A DNA stretch of 64,000 nt from Dehalococcoidia bacterium (GTDB lineage: Bacteria > Chloroflexota > Dehalococcoidia > Lucifugimonadales > Australimonadaceae). The stretch lies in NCBI GenBank assembly GCA_034423175.1, contig DAOUJA010000062.1, positions 64,526-128,525 on the forward strand. The letters run 5' to 3'. This document shows positions 26,491 through 36,351 of the stretch, piece after piece. Each line of letters begins with the position of its first letter. The first letter of the stretch is position 1. The position numbers and the translations under genes are program-made. The notes beneath the pieces were generated by a model. The model did no database searches, had not been told where the DNA came from, and worked only from the letters and a program-made list of their open reading frames with translations.

Positions 26491-27039
26491 CTAGGGGCTC
26501 TCCGGGTCGGCTTCAGGGATGCGAGGGGGCTCGGTGGCCAGCCTCGTTATCACGTCTGCCCATGCGGCGTTGACCAGGAACACGGTGTCGTTGTCCGACT
26601 GCTTGACGTAGTGCGCGCTGCCATCCGGCGTGTGCCGCCCGATGAGGACCCGGAACTCACCGCTCGGTTCGAGACCGATGATGACGGTCGCCATGGGAGG
26701 TTCCAGCCCCAGGGCGTCGAGCTCGAGATCGGCGGGCAGCGTGCGCTCGATCCGCGGACCAGCCAGCAGGACGGGCATGCCGCCCCAGCGTTCCTCATCG
26801 ACGTCTTCCCCGGTCTCGTCGTCGAAGCGCCAGGCCTCGTCGTTCTCGTCCCAGACGAACGACTCGGCCAGTCCGCCCTGCTCCACTCGTACCCTGACGA
26901 TGTCCGATGCCTCGATCTCGTAGAAGAACGGCGGCGCCGTACCCCTGGGCGGATCGCTCCTCGTCTGGAAGTAACCGGCGACGGCGCCGAGCGCCACCAG
27001 GAGGATGAGTGCCAGGACGACGGTTTCCCTGCGGTTCAT
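26491..27039 (-). CDS. DUF4340-like membrane-anchored protein
   Basis: N-terminal TM helix followed by a beta-rich body. It sits immediately downstream of the GldG-like gene, as is usual for DUF4340. Confidence 0.5.
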   Translation of the reverse strand: MNRRETVVLALILLVALGAVAGYFQTRSDPPRGTAPPFFYEIEASDIVRVRVEQGGLAESFVWDENDEAWRFDDETGEDVDEERWGGMPVLLAGPRIERTLPADLELDALGLEPPMATVIIGLEPSGEFRVLIGRHTPDGSAHYVKQSDNDTVFLVNAAWADVITRLATEPPRIPEADPESP

Positions 27040-27046
27040 CGCCGAC

Positions 27047-28675
27047 CTAGCGCGTGCGGACCCAGGCGATCGCCGCCAGGACGAGCGTGATGACGGGCAG
27101 CACGAGCCAACCCAGCAGGCGCACCAGGGTGAGCTGCTGGTCGGTGAGGACCAGCGCCCGGAACTCGAGGGGCTTCGCCCGTACCTGCACGAGGGGGACG
27201 TCTCCCGCAAGCTCATTGACCACGTTGAGGAAGAGGTCGCCATTCGAGAGGGCGGGGAAGAACCGGTTCGAGGCGAACTCCCCGTCGCCGAACACGCCCA
27301 ACGTTCCCACGTTGGCGTTCCCCGCGTCCGGAGGAGGCTCGGCCAGGGGTCCGACCATCCTCACGATGACACCCACGAGGAACGGCCCGGTCAGGTCGTC
27401 GTTTCCCGGCGCGGTGGCTGACAGTTGCGCCGAAGTGAAGGACACGGGAGTCGTCGCGGCGAGGAAGTCGAGGTCGACCAGCGTCGGCATCAGCTGCGGG
27501 TCCGTGAACAGCCCGACGGGCGCAAGCCCGGGGAAGAGGGTGGCATCGAGCTGCGCCGTGATGTAGGGAGCGGCATACTGCGACGGCGTAACGAGGGGGA
27601 TCCCGGGCGTGCTCGCGACGTGGCTCCCCGAATCGATGACGTAACGGTCCCCTACGCTCACACCCCACTCCAACACCCAGGAACGCCAGGACTCGTCGGC
27701 CTCGGGCTCGAGCATCGCCAGGACCCCGCCTCCACGCTTGAGGTAGGAGGAGAGCGCCTGCTGCTCTCCCCCGGTGAGCGCGGTCATGGGAGACGGGATG
27801 AGCAGGGCGGCTGCGTCGTCGGGCACCGCTTCCTCCGCCTGCAGGTTGAGCGGCGACACCTGGTAGCTGTCGTTCCGCAGACCCTCGACCGCCAGCGCGA
27901 AGCCCCGGTTACTGGTGACGCCGTCGTCGTCGACGGCGAGCTCGCCGTGCCCGGTCAGGACGTAGACGGTCTTCTGGTCGACGCCGCTCGCCACGAGGAG
28001 CCCGGTCAGGAAGGCCTGCTCGACGTTGCTGGCGGCGGGTGCGAAGTAGCGCGAGCCTGCTTCCGCCGATTCGAACAGCACGCCCGGGTAACGGTCTATC
28101 CCTTTCTCACTCGCAAGGACGGGGCTGGTCTCGGGGTCGACGAACCGGTACGAGAAACGGCCCGGCGCGATGCGCTCGAATTCGCGCAGGAGGCTCTCCG
28201 TCCTGTCGCGCAACGCGCTCTGGAGCGGGTCCACGTCCTCGAACCGTTCGACGAAGAACGCTGTCGCCTCCACCTTGCGGTCCAGGTCGTCGAGCACCGT
28301 CCTGGTCTGCTCGGCGAGCGTGAACTGCTGCGAGAAGGTGGTGTCGAAGCGTACGTCGGTGCGCAGGGCCAGGAAGTTGACGACGCCGAGTATCGCAACG
28401 AGGGTCGCGAGCATGAGCGCCACGTTCAGGCCGTACTTCCTCCTCCTCCTTGCGGTGGGGGAATTCGACCGGCGGAGCGTGTCCAGGAGGGAGAGCAGGA
28501 GGAATCCTACCCCCGCCAGGGAGAGCCAGGCGCCGGTGGACTCGAGCGCGGGAACGAGTACCGAGGTTACCGCCCCGGTGAGGAGCGCCACGAGCCCGAT
28601 CCCTGCCGCGGCCACGGCGAAGGGAGCCGTGTCGAACAGCCTCGTTACAGTCCGGATCAGGCTCCGTGGAGTCAT
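27047..28675 (-). CDS. GldG-like ABC-transport auxiliary component
   Basis: 542 aa with N- and C-terminal TM segments around a large periplasmic region. It follows the ABC-2 permease and ATPase genes. Confidence 0.6.
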   Translation of the reverse strand: MTPRSLIRTVTRLFDTAPFAVAAAGIGLVALLTGAVTSVLVPALESTGAWLSLAGVGFLLLSLLDTLRRSNSPTARRRRKYGLNVALMLATLVAILGVVNFLALRTDVRFDTTFSQQFTLAEQTRTVLDDLDRKVEATAFFVERFEDVDPLQSALRDRTESLLREFERIAPGRFSYRFVDPETSPVLASEKGIDRYPGVLFESAEAGSRYFAPAASNVEQAFLTGLLVASGVDQKTVYVLTGHGELAVDDDGVTSNRGFALAVEGLRNDSYQVSPLNLQAEEAVPDDAAALLIPSPMTALTGGEQQALSSYLKRGGGVLAMLEPEADESWRSWVLEWGVSVGDRYVIDSGSHVASTPGIPLVTPSQYAAPYITAQLDATLFPGLAPVGLFTDPQLMPTLVDLDFLAATTPVSFTSAQLSATAPGNDDLTGPFLVGVIVRMVGPLAEPPPDAGNANVGTLGVFGDGEFASNRFFPALSNGDLFLNVVNELAGDVPLVQVRAKPLEFRALVLTDQQLTLVRLLGWLVLPVITLVLAAIAWVRTR

Positions 28676-28700
28676 GCCGTCCGCTTCGTCCGTTCGCTCA

Positions 28701-29411
28701 TCACACCCATCGCTTGCTCTCGACCGACCGTACGGAGAGGAAGAGGAAGAGGGTTATGACGCTGAGGTAGTAGACGATGTCCGAGAGGTCCACGACACCC
28801 TGCCGCATATCGGAGAAGCGGGTCACCAGGGAGGCTTCCTCCAGCACGGTCGCCACCCAGCCGCCCGCCGCCGGCGCGGCGAGCTGCGTTATCGAGAGCA
28901 GCACCAGGATGCCGACGCCCAGGATGGCGGCCACCGCCTGGTTGGCAGTAAGCGACGACGTCCACAGGCCGATCGAAAGGGCCGCCGCGCCGTACAGGAA
29001 GAGGCCCAGGTAGGCCGAGGCGACCGGGCCGGAGTCGGGCGTCCCGAACCAGTAGAGCACCGCCGCATAGAACACGGTGGCGAGCAGCATGAGCGCGTAA
29101 AGCGAGAGCACGCCCAGGTACTTCCCGAGCACGACCTGCCAGTCGCTCACCGGAGACGACAGGAGCAGGTCGAGCGTGCCCAGCCGCCGCTCCTCGGCGA
29201 ACAGCCGCATGGCGAGAGCGGGTGCGAGAAAGACCATGCTGAAAGTGATGGAGCCCACGTACCGGTTGACGGTCGCCTCCGGGAACGGTCTCGATATGCC
29301 GTCCACGAACAGATAGCCCGTGATGGCCGTGAACACGAAGACGATGACGAACGCGCCCGGCGACGTCAGGTAGGCGAGGGCCTCTCGGCGAGCGATGAGC
29401 AGGGTCTTCAT
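28701..29411 (-). CDS. ABC-2 type transporter permease (GldF-like)
   Basis: 236 aa with six hydrophobic helices. Confidence 0.7.
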   Translation of the reverse strand: MKTLLIARREALAYLTSPGAFVIVFVFTAITGYLFVDGISRPFPEATVNRYVGSITFSMVFLAPALAMRLFAEERRLGTLDLLLSSPVSDWQVVLGKYLGVLSLYALMLLATVFYAAVLYWFGTPDSGPVASAYLGLFLYGAAALSIGLWTSSLTANQAVAAILGVGILVLLSITQLAAPAAGGWVATVLEEASLVTRFSDMRQGVVDLSDIVYYLSVITLFLFLSVRSVESKRWV

Positions 29412-29412
29412 C

Positions 29413-30153
29413 TCAGGGCTCCGGACGCTCTCCCGTTCCGGTCAGCGCCAGGAACACGCTCTCGGTGCTCGAACCCTCCGCGAGACCGGCGGCGGCGGTG
29501 ATCTCCGGCAGCGTGCCGTCGGCGACGACGCTGCCCCGGTCGATGACGATGATCCTGTCGCACCCCAGCGCTACTTCGGAGAGGATGTGGCTGCTCAGCA
29601 GGACGGCGTGCTCTCTGCCGATGTTCGTTATCAGGGAGCGCATCTCGATGCGCTGGGCGGGGTCCAGTCCGCTGGTCGGCTCGTCCAGTATCACCACGGC
29701 AGGCTCGTGGATGACCGCCTGGCCTATGCCGACCCGCTGGCGGAACCCCTTGGAGAGGGTCCCGATGCGCCTGTCCGCGTACTCCTCCGTTCCGACGGCC
29801 GCGATGACCTCAGCCACGCGTTCGGCGCGGCGGCTTTTCGGTACGTCTCGCAGGGCCGCCATGTAAGAGAGGTACTGCCTGACCGTCATGTCCGTGTACA
29901 GGGGGACCGACTCGGGCAGGTAGCCGAGGCGCCTCCGCGCGGCGGCCGAGTTGTCCACCGTGTCGAAACCGGCTATGCGCGCGATGCCTGCCGTGGGGGG
30001 CATGAGGCAGGCGAGGACCTTCATGGTGGTGGTCTTGCCGGCGCCGTTCGGCCCTACGAACCCCACGACCTCGCCCGTGTTGACCCGGAAAGAGACGTCC
30101 CGGACCGCCTCGGCGTCCCCGTAGCGCTTGGATACGTTCTCAACCTCGATCAT
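29413..30153 (-). CDS. ABC transporter ATP-binding protein (GldA-like)
   Basis: Walker A GPNGAGKTTT, signature LSKGFRQR, Walker B VILDEPT. Confidence 0.85.
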   Translation of the reverse strand: MIEVENVSKRYGDAEAVRDVSFRVNTGEVVGFVGPNGAGKTTTMKVLACLMPPTAGIARIAGFDTVDNSAAARRRLGYLPESVPLYTDMTVRQYLSYMAALRDVPKSRRAERVAEVIAAVGTEEYADRRIGTLSKGFRQRVGIGQAVIHEPAVVILDEPTSGLDPAQRIEMRSLITNIGREHAVLLSSHILSEVALGCDRIIVIDRGSVVADGTLPEITAAAGLAEGSSTESVFLALTGTGERPEP

Positions 30154-30383
30154 CTGGAGTTCGTGCTGCCTCGCATTATCACTCTAGCAGTTTCGGCCCG
30201 GGCAGGTCTCCCGCCCCGGCATTTATCGTCGCCGCCTGCAGGGTTGGGTAGGTTGTCATGTTGAGCGAAGCCGGAGGCGGAGTCGAAACATCTCTCACCC
30301 GTCGCCGTTCTTGTCCGTGCTCTGCCCGCGTGCTACGATGCGGCACACCGTTCGTTAGGAATTTCACGAACAAGACGCTGCCC

Positions 30384-30911
30384 ATGACGACCACATCCAG
30401 ACCGCATGGCGCTCACGGCCCCGCATCGTCCGGCTCACTGCGCGAGCGGGCGCGCCGGGCGATCGATGAGCAGCCCTCGCCCACGGTCACGGTGCTCTCG
30501 TCGCTGCTCGCCGCCCAGGACGAGCTGGGCTATCTCCCGTACGAGGCCGTTGACGAGGCTGCACAGCGCACCGGCGCCAGCGTCAACGAAGTCTGGGCCG
30601 TCGCCTCGTTCTACCCCAACTTCCGGTTCACGCCCCCGGCCCGCCATTCCGTGGAGGTCTGCTGGGGGCCGACGTGCCACGTGCTCGGGGCGCAGCCCAT
30701 CCTGCAGGGTCTCGTGGACCACCTCGGGCTCGATGGCGAGGGCGACACGGAGGACGGCAGCGTCTCGCTGAAGTACAACACCTGCCTCGGCGTCTGCCCG
30801 CACGCCCCGGCGATGAGTTTCGATCACGAACTGGCCGGACGCGTGTCCCTCGATGAGGCGGTCAACCGCATCGAGCGCATCAGGGCTGCTGACATGGAGC
30901 GGGAAGCGTGA
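30384..30911 (+). CDS. NuoE-like [2Fe-2S] thioredoxin-fold subunit
   Basis: ..VEVCWGPTCHVLG.. and ..YNTCLGVCPHAPAM.. give the four Cys ligands. Confidence 0.75.
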   Translation: MTTTSRPHGAHGPASSGSLRERARRAIDEQPSPTVTVLSSLLAAQDELGYLPYEAVDEAAQRTGASVNEVWAVASFYPNFRFTPPARHSVEVCWGPTCHVLGAQPILQGLVDHLGLDGEGDTEDGSVSLKYNTCLGVCPHAPAMSFDHELAGRVSLDEAVNRIERIRAADMEREA

Positions 30912-32698
30912 CGGACGCGTATGAGGCTCTGGCGCAGCGTGCCGCGGCGCGGTGGGAAGAACTCCACGCCAGGCCGTGGATACGTATCGGCACGGGGCTC
31001 ATGGGAGAGGCCGTCGGGGCTTTCGAGGTGCTTGCCGCACTGCGGGAAGCCGTCGAACGGGCAGGCGTTGAGGCCGCGATAACCGAGGTAGGCACCACCG
31101 GCCTCTGCTACGCGGAGCCCGTCGTAGACGTGCACGTGCCGGACGGCCCCCGCGTCCTGTACGGCAACGTACGGCCGGAGCAGGTAGAGACCATCGTGCA
31201 GCGACACGTCGTTGCCGGTGAGCCCGTGACCGAATTCGCGCTCGCGAGCGTCGACGTCGACGTGCCCGGTGTCCCGCGCCTGGAAGACCTGCCGATGATG
31301 CGCCGCCAGGTGCGCGTCGCGCTGAGGAACGCAGGGCAGATAGACCCAACCGAGATCGAACAGTACGTCGCGCGCGGCGGCTTCTCCGGCCTGGACAAGG
31401 CGCTCTCATCGCTCACGACGGAGCAGACCCTCGATGAGGTGAAGAACTCCGGCCTGCGCGGCCGCGGCGGGGCGGCGTTCCCGACCGGCATGAAGTGGGG
31501 CTTCCTCGCCGGGAACCCGTCTCCGCAGAAGTACATCCTCTGCAACTGCGAGGAGGGCGACCCTGGAGCGTTCAACGACAAGACCATCCTGGAGTCGGAC
31601 CCGTTCACGCTCGTGGAGGGCTGCATCATCGCGGGCTACGCCACCGGCGCGAGCAACGGCATCGTCTTCATCCGCCACGGGCACGACTCCCCCATCGACC
31701 GCACCCGCGCCGCCATCCGGGCGTGCTACGACAACGGCGTCCTCGGCGGCAGCGTCCTCGGCACGGACTTCTCCTTCGACATGGAGGTCTCCCTCGTCGG
31801 TGAGTCCTACGTCGCGGGCGAGGAGACTGCGCTCATGGAGGCGATAGAGGGCAAGCGCTCCATGCCCCGGTTCCGCCCCCCGTTCCCGGCTGCTTACGGC
31901 GTGTGGGGCAAGCCGTCCAACATCAACAACATCAAGACGCTCAGCTATGCGCCGGAGATCGTCCGCCGGGGCGCGGAGTGGTTCTCGGGCATCGGGACGG
32001 AGAAGAGCAACGGCACGGCCATCGCCTGCCTCTCCGGCGACATCCGCTACCCCGGCCTCGTCGAGGTGCCGTTCGGCCTGACCGTGCGCGACGTCATCGA
32101 GGAGTTGGGCGGCGGCGAGCCGAACGGCAAGGCGCTCAAGTTCCTGCAGACCGGCGGCCCGCTGGGCGGCGTGCTCCCCGCCGGGCAGTTCGACATGGTG
32201 CTGGACTTCGACGAGATGGTCGCGGCCGGCGCCATGTTCGGATCCGGCGGCCTCATCGTCTGTAACGAGGAGCGCTCCGTCGTCGACCTTACGCGCACGC
32301 TCGTCGCGTTCGACCAGATGGAGTCGTGCGGCAAGTGCTTCCCGTGCAGGCTCGGCATGAGCCACATCTTGGAGATACTGGAACGCATCGCGGAGGGCAG
32401 GGGCCGTCCCGGCGACATGGAGCTGATGGAGCGCGTGGGCGTCAACATGCGCGGCGGCTCGCTCTGCGGTCACGGCCAGCTGGGCTACAACCCCGTCGCT
32501 AGCGCGGTGCGCTTTTTCGGCGGCGAGTTCGAGGCGCAGTTCGAAGACGGCGCGGCGTCGCTGGGGAGGTTCGTCGGGCCGAAGTCCACGCGGCGCGGCG
32601 CGCAGATGTCCGGCGACACGCCGACGGCGTCGGTCAAGCCGGACTTCGTGATGCACATCGAGCCGGGCGTCTCGAAGACCGCGGGCAGGGCGGAGTAA
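30908..32698 (+). CDS. NuoF-like NAD(H)/FMN/[4Fe-4S] subunit with an N-terminal thioredoxin-like domain
   Basis: ..GLRGRGGAAFPTG.KW.., ..CNCEEGDPGAF.. and ..ESCGKCFPCR..GSLCGHG.. The start overlaps the nuoE-like stop by 4 nt. Confidence 0.85.
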   Translation: MTDAYEALAQRAAARWEELHARPWIRIGTGLMGEAVGAFEVLAALREAVERAGVEAAITEVGTTGLCYAEPVVDVHVPDGPRVLYGNVRPEQVETIVQRHVVAGEPVTEFALASVDVDVPGVPRLEDLPMMRRQVRVALRNAGQIDPTEIEQYVARGGFSGLDKALSSLTTEQTLDEVKNSGLRGRGGAAFPTGMKWGFLAGNPSPQKYILCNCEEGDPGAFNDKTILESDPFTLVEGCIIAGYATGASNGIVFIRHGHDSPIDRTRAAIRACYDNGVLGGSVLGTDFSFDMEVSLVGESYVAGEETALMEAIEGKRSMPRFRPPFPAAYGVWGKPSNINNIKTLSYAPEIVRRGAEWFSGIGTEKSNGTAIACLSGDIRYPGLVEVPFGLTVRDVIEELGGGEPNGKALKFLQTGGPLGGVLPAGQFDMVLDFDEMVAAGAMFGSGGLIVCNEERSVVDLTRTLVAFDQMESCGKCFPCRLGMSHILEILERIAEGRGRPGDMELMERVGVNMRGGSLCGHGQLGYNPVASAVRFFGGEFEAQFEDGAASLGRFVGPKSTRRGAQMSGDTPTASVKPDFVMHIEPGVSKTAGRAE

Positions 32699-32707
32699 AG
32701 GCTGCAC

Positions 32708-35548
32708 ATGGCGGACGAGATCACGATCACGATAGACGGCCGGGAGGTTACGACGACCCCCGGCAAGATGGTGGTGCAGGCCGCGAACGATGCCGGCATC
32801 TACATCCCCTACCTCTGCTACCACCCCGGCATGAAGCCCTACGGCGCGTGCCGCATGTGCGTGGTGGAGGTCGAAGGCCAGCGCGGTACGCCCGCATCCT
32901 GCACGCTGCCCGTCCGCGACGGCATGGTGGTGAACACGAAGGCCGACGAGGCCGTGCAGGTCCGCAACACCACGCTGGACCTGCTGCTGTCAGAGCATCC
33001 GCACGGGTGCCTCACGTGTCATCGCATAGACCTCTGCGGTCCGCAGGACATCTGCCTCCGCCACGTGGACGTGGTCGACCGGTGCGTCACCTGTCCCAAG
33101 AACGAGCGCTGTGAACTGAAGGACACGACGCGATTCCATACGCAGGAGCTCGTCTCCCCGCTCACGTACCAGTACCGCAACCTGCAGGTGGAGACGAAGG
33201 ACCCCTTCTACGACCGCGACTACAACCTCTGCATCGTCTGCGCCCGTTGCACGCGGGCGTGCGACGAGCTGCGCGGCGACGTCGCGATAGGCATGACGGA
33301 GCGCGCGGGACAGGTGCTCGTCGGCACGGTGATGGGCGATTCGCTCCTCGAGTCGGGCTGCGAGTTCTGCGGGGCGTGCATCGACGTCTGTCCCGTGGGC
33401 GCGCTGACCGAGACCTCGTACAAGTGGGAGCGTCCGGCGCGCACCGAGCAGTCCGTCTGCGCCGAGTGTCCCGTCGGCTGCACGATGACCTACGAGGTCA
33501 ACCACTGGGAGCGCGTCGTGCGGGCCGTGCCCGAACTGAACGCTCCCGCGAACATGGGGCAGGCGTGCTTCAAGGGCAAGTTCGGGTTCGAGTACGTCAA
33601 CGACCGGCGCCGCATCCGGAAGCCGCTCGTGCGCCGGGATGGCGAGCTGCGGGAGGCGACGTGGGACGAGGCGGTCGCCGCCGCCGCGGAAGGCCTTGCG
33701 CGGCACAAGGGACCCGCGTTCGCGCTGATGGCCAGTCCCCGCAACACGAACGAGGAGCTCTACGCCGCCCAGAAGTTCGCGCGCGCCGTGATGGGCTCCA
33801 ACAGCGTCGACGTCGCGTCGAACGACCGCCCCGGCATCGTCGAGGGACTGCAGGACGTCTTCGGCTACTTCGCCGGGACGATGAGCACGTGGGAGCTCGC
33901 CGACTCCGCCGCCGTGATGGTGGTGAGCGCGAACCTCACGGAGGAGCAGAACGTCGTCGGCGTGCCTATCAAGCGCGCCGTCCGCGCCGGGACCCAACAG
34001 CTCATCGTCATCGACTCGCGCGAGGTCGAGCTCACGCGGTACGCGACCATCTGGCTCAGGCCGTACCCCGGCACGGACCCCGTGCTTCTCGGCGGGCTGC
34101 TCCGCGCCATCGTAGATGCCGGACTGGTCGACGTGGACGCGGTGCGCGAGCGCGCCGACGGCTGGGATGAGCTGCTCGCCTGCCTCGGTCCGTTCACACC
34201 GGACGCGGTCGCCGTCGAGACCGGCGTGCCTGCGGCAAGCATCGAGCAGGCGGCGCGCATCTACGCGGAGTCGGGCCCCGCGGCGCTGCTGTTCGGCGGC
34301 GACAGCTCGATAGGAGGCTCGCGCCGCACGCTCTCGCGGCTGGCTGCCGCGCTCGCGATCGCCACGGGGAACGTGGGCAGGCGCGGCGCGGGCGTTCTGC
34401 CGCTCTACCAGGGAGCGAACGGGCAGGGTGCGATGGACATGGGCGTCTGGCCCGCCGCGATGCCCGGCCACAACCTCATCCAGGAATCGCCGGAGGCCCG
34501 CGAGGCACTCGGCGCGCTCTGGGGCGCTCCGGTGCCGCTCGAAGGCGGCTCCGGCAACCGACACATGTTCGACCGGGCCCGCGAGGGCGCGGTCAAGGCG
34601 ATGCTCGTTCTGGGCGACCACGTCCACTACGAGGACGGAACGCTCGGCGACGTGCCCGGCGCGCTCGACGCGCTGGAATTCCTCGTCGCGACCAGCGCGT
34701 TCCCCTCCGCGGTGACTGAGCGTGCGGACGTGGTCTTTCCGGCCGGGGTCTGGGCAGAGAAGACGGGCACGTACACGAACGTCGAACGGCGCGTGCAGCC
34801 GCTCCGCAAGGTGACGAAGAACAAGCGCGTGGAGTCCAGGAGCGACCTCGATGTCGTGTGCGCCATCGCGGGCGCCATGGGAGCGCAGGGCTTCTCATGG
34901 GACGGCCCTCCCCAGGTGCTGGACGAGATAGCGCAGGCCGTAGCCGAGTACGCGGGCATCTCCTGGGAGCGCCTGCTGCGCGAGCGGCTGGAGATCGTGG
35001 CCACCCCCACCGGCGAGCCGCAGCCGACGCAGGTTATGTACACCGGCAACGTCCTCACCGGCCTCCAGTGGCCGTGCACGTCTGAGAGCGTACCGGACGA
35101 TGCAGGACTCTTCGTGGACCGGTTCCGGCACGGCAAGGCGAAACTGCAGCCGGTGGCGTGGCACCCGCGTCCGGAGGCTGACCGGCAGTTCCCGCTCATG
35201 CTCGCTCATGGACGGGTGCTTCTGGAGCCGGGCCGCAAGCCGAACGTGAAGGTGGAAGGCAAGCGCAACCGCGTCGAGCGAGAGGAGCGCTTCGTGCTCA
35301 ACCCCACGGACGCGGCTGCCGCCAGGCTCAGCGAGGGAGATGCGGCAGCGGTGACGACGGCGGACGGCGCTGAGCGGCGCGGCGTGGTCGCGCTCTCGGA
35401 CGCCGTGCCTCGGGGCGTGGTGTCGCTGACGACCCTCTTCGGAGAGCTCGCCGTCGAGGTTGATGCATCGGACCGTCCGGACCCCATGAACCATATCCCG
35501 CGGTTGAACGCCGTGCCCGCTCGTATCGCGGCTGCACGGTCGGAGTGA
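32708..35548 (+). CDS. FdhA/NuoG-like Fe-S plus molybdopterin-oxidoreductase-fold subunit, apparently lacking the catalytic Cys/Sec
   Basis: N-terminal 2Fe-2S motif (CYHPGMKPYGACRMCVVEV), a His-ligated cluster (HPHGCLTCH), two ferredoxin 4Fe-4S motifs, and the CAECPVGCTM cluster, followed by a large MopB-type domain. Confidence 0.8.
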   Translation: MADEITITIDGREVTTTPGKMVVQAANDAGIYIPYLCYHPGMKPYGACRMCVVEVEGQRGTPASCTLPVRDGMVVNTKADEAVQVRNTTLDLLLSEHPHGCLTCHRIDLCGPQDICLRHVDVVDRCVTCPKNERCELKDTTRFHTQELVSPLTYQYRNLQVETKDPFYDRDYNLCIVCARCTRACDELRGDVAIGMTERAGQVLVGTVMGDSLLESGCEFCGACIDVCPVGALTETSYKWERPARTEQSVCAECPVGCTMTYEVNHWERVVRAVPELNAPANMGQACFKGKFGFEYVNDRRRIRKPLVRRDGELREATWDEAVAAAAEGLARHKGPAFALMASPRNTNEELYAAQKFARAVMGSNSVDVASNDRPGIVEGLQDVFGYFAGTMSTWELADSAAVMVVSANLTEEQNVVGVPIKRAVRAGTQQLIVIDSREVELTRYATIWLRPYPGTDPVLLGGLLRAIVDAGLVDVDAVRERADGWDELLACLGPFTPDAVAVETGVPAASIEQAARIYAESGPAALLFGGDSSIGGSRRTLSRLAAALAIATGNVGRRGAGVLPLYQGANGQGAMDMGVWPAAMPGHNLIQESPEAREALGALWGAPVPLEGGSGNRHMFDRAREGAVKAMLVLGDHVHYEDGTLGDVPGALDALEFLVATSAFPSAVTERADVVFPAGVWAEKTGTYTNVERRVQPLRKVTKNKRVESRSDLDVVCAIAGAMGAQGFSWDGPPQVLDEIAQAVAEYAGISWERLLRERLEIVATPTGEPQPTQVMYTGNVLTGLQWPCTSESVPDDAGLFVDRFRHGKAKLQPVAWHPRPEADRQFPLMLAHGRVLLEPGRKPNVKVEGKRNRVEREERFVLNPTDAAAARLSEGDAAAVTTADGAERRGVVALSDAVPRGVVSLTTLFGELAVEVDASDRPDPMNHIPRLNAVPARIAAARSE

Positions 35549-35557
35549 CGGAGGACT

Positions 35558-36307
35558 ATGACGCAAGCGCAGGACCGTCTGGCGAATCTGCCCCGTGCAT
35601 ACGTGGCCAAGAAGCAGGAGGTGGCGGAAGACCTCTTCCTGCTGTGGCTCCGGCCCGATGAGCCGTTCCGCTTCAAGCCCGGCCAGTACATCACCATAGG
35701 TACGGGCGGGATCGAGCGCCCGTACTCCATCGCATCCGCGCCGTACGAATCGCTCATCGAGCTCTTCATCGAGTACGTGCTGCCGGAGTACGGCGGCAAG
35801 CTCACGCCGATGCTCTGGAACCTGCACGTGGGCGACTCGGTCTCGATGCGCCCGCGCGCAAAGGGGCTGTTCGTCTTCCAGCCGCAGTTCCACCACCACC
35901 TCATGTTGGGCACGGTGACCGGCGTGGCGCCCTTCGTCAGCATGATCCGCCAGGCCCTGAAGGACAACATCCGCGGGCACCACTTCTACGTCATGGAGGG
36001 AGCCAGCCACCAGGACGAGTTCGTCTACGACTCCGAGCTCGCGCGTCTCGCCGAGCGCCTGCCCGAACTGGTCACCTTCGTCACCACCGTGAGCCGCCCG
36101 CAGGCTGAGCGCAACCGCAGTTGGAACGGCCCCACCGGCAGGGTGAACACGCTCGTCGAGGAGTACATGCAGCGCTGGAGCCTGCCGAAGGAAGACACCG
36201 CCATCTACCTCTGCGGCAACCCCGGCATGATCGAGGACGTGAAAGAGCGCCTCGGCGGACAGGGCTGGAACCTCTACGAAGAGCGCTTCTGGAAGGAAGA
36301 CGAGTAG
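35558..36307 (+). CDS. ferredoxin-NADP+ reductase-family flavoprotein
   Basis: FAD motif RPYSIAS, NAD(P) motif GTVTGVAPF, and a C-terminal LCGNPGM. Confidence 0.75.
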   Translation: MTQAQDRLANLPRAYVAKKQEVAEDLFLLWLRPDEPFRFKPGQYITIGTGGIERPYSIASAPYESLIELFIEYVLPEYGGKLTPMLWNLHVGDSVSMRPRAKGLFVFQPQFHHHLMLGTVTGVAPFVSMIRQALKDNIRGHHFYVMEGASHQDEFVYDSELARLAERLPELVTFVTTVSRPQAERNRSWNGPTGRVNTLVEEYMQRWSLPKEDTAIYLCGNPGMIEDVKERLGGQGWNLYEERFWKEDE

Positions 36308-36351
36308 GGAGCGGTACACTCCGGGGCCAGCCACCGGAAAGGAGCAGTCTC

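Noticed and set aside
32708-35548. Possibility that the FdhA-like gene is itself a selenoprotein.
   Set aside because: The ORF is uninterrupted over 946 codons with no in-frame TGA. The position where Sec/Cys-His is expected reads ..SNDRPG.. by my alignment.
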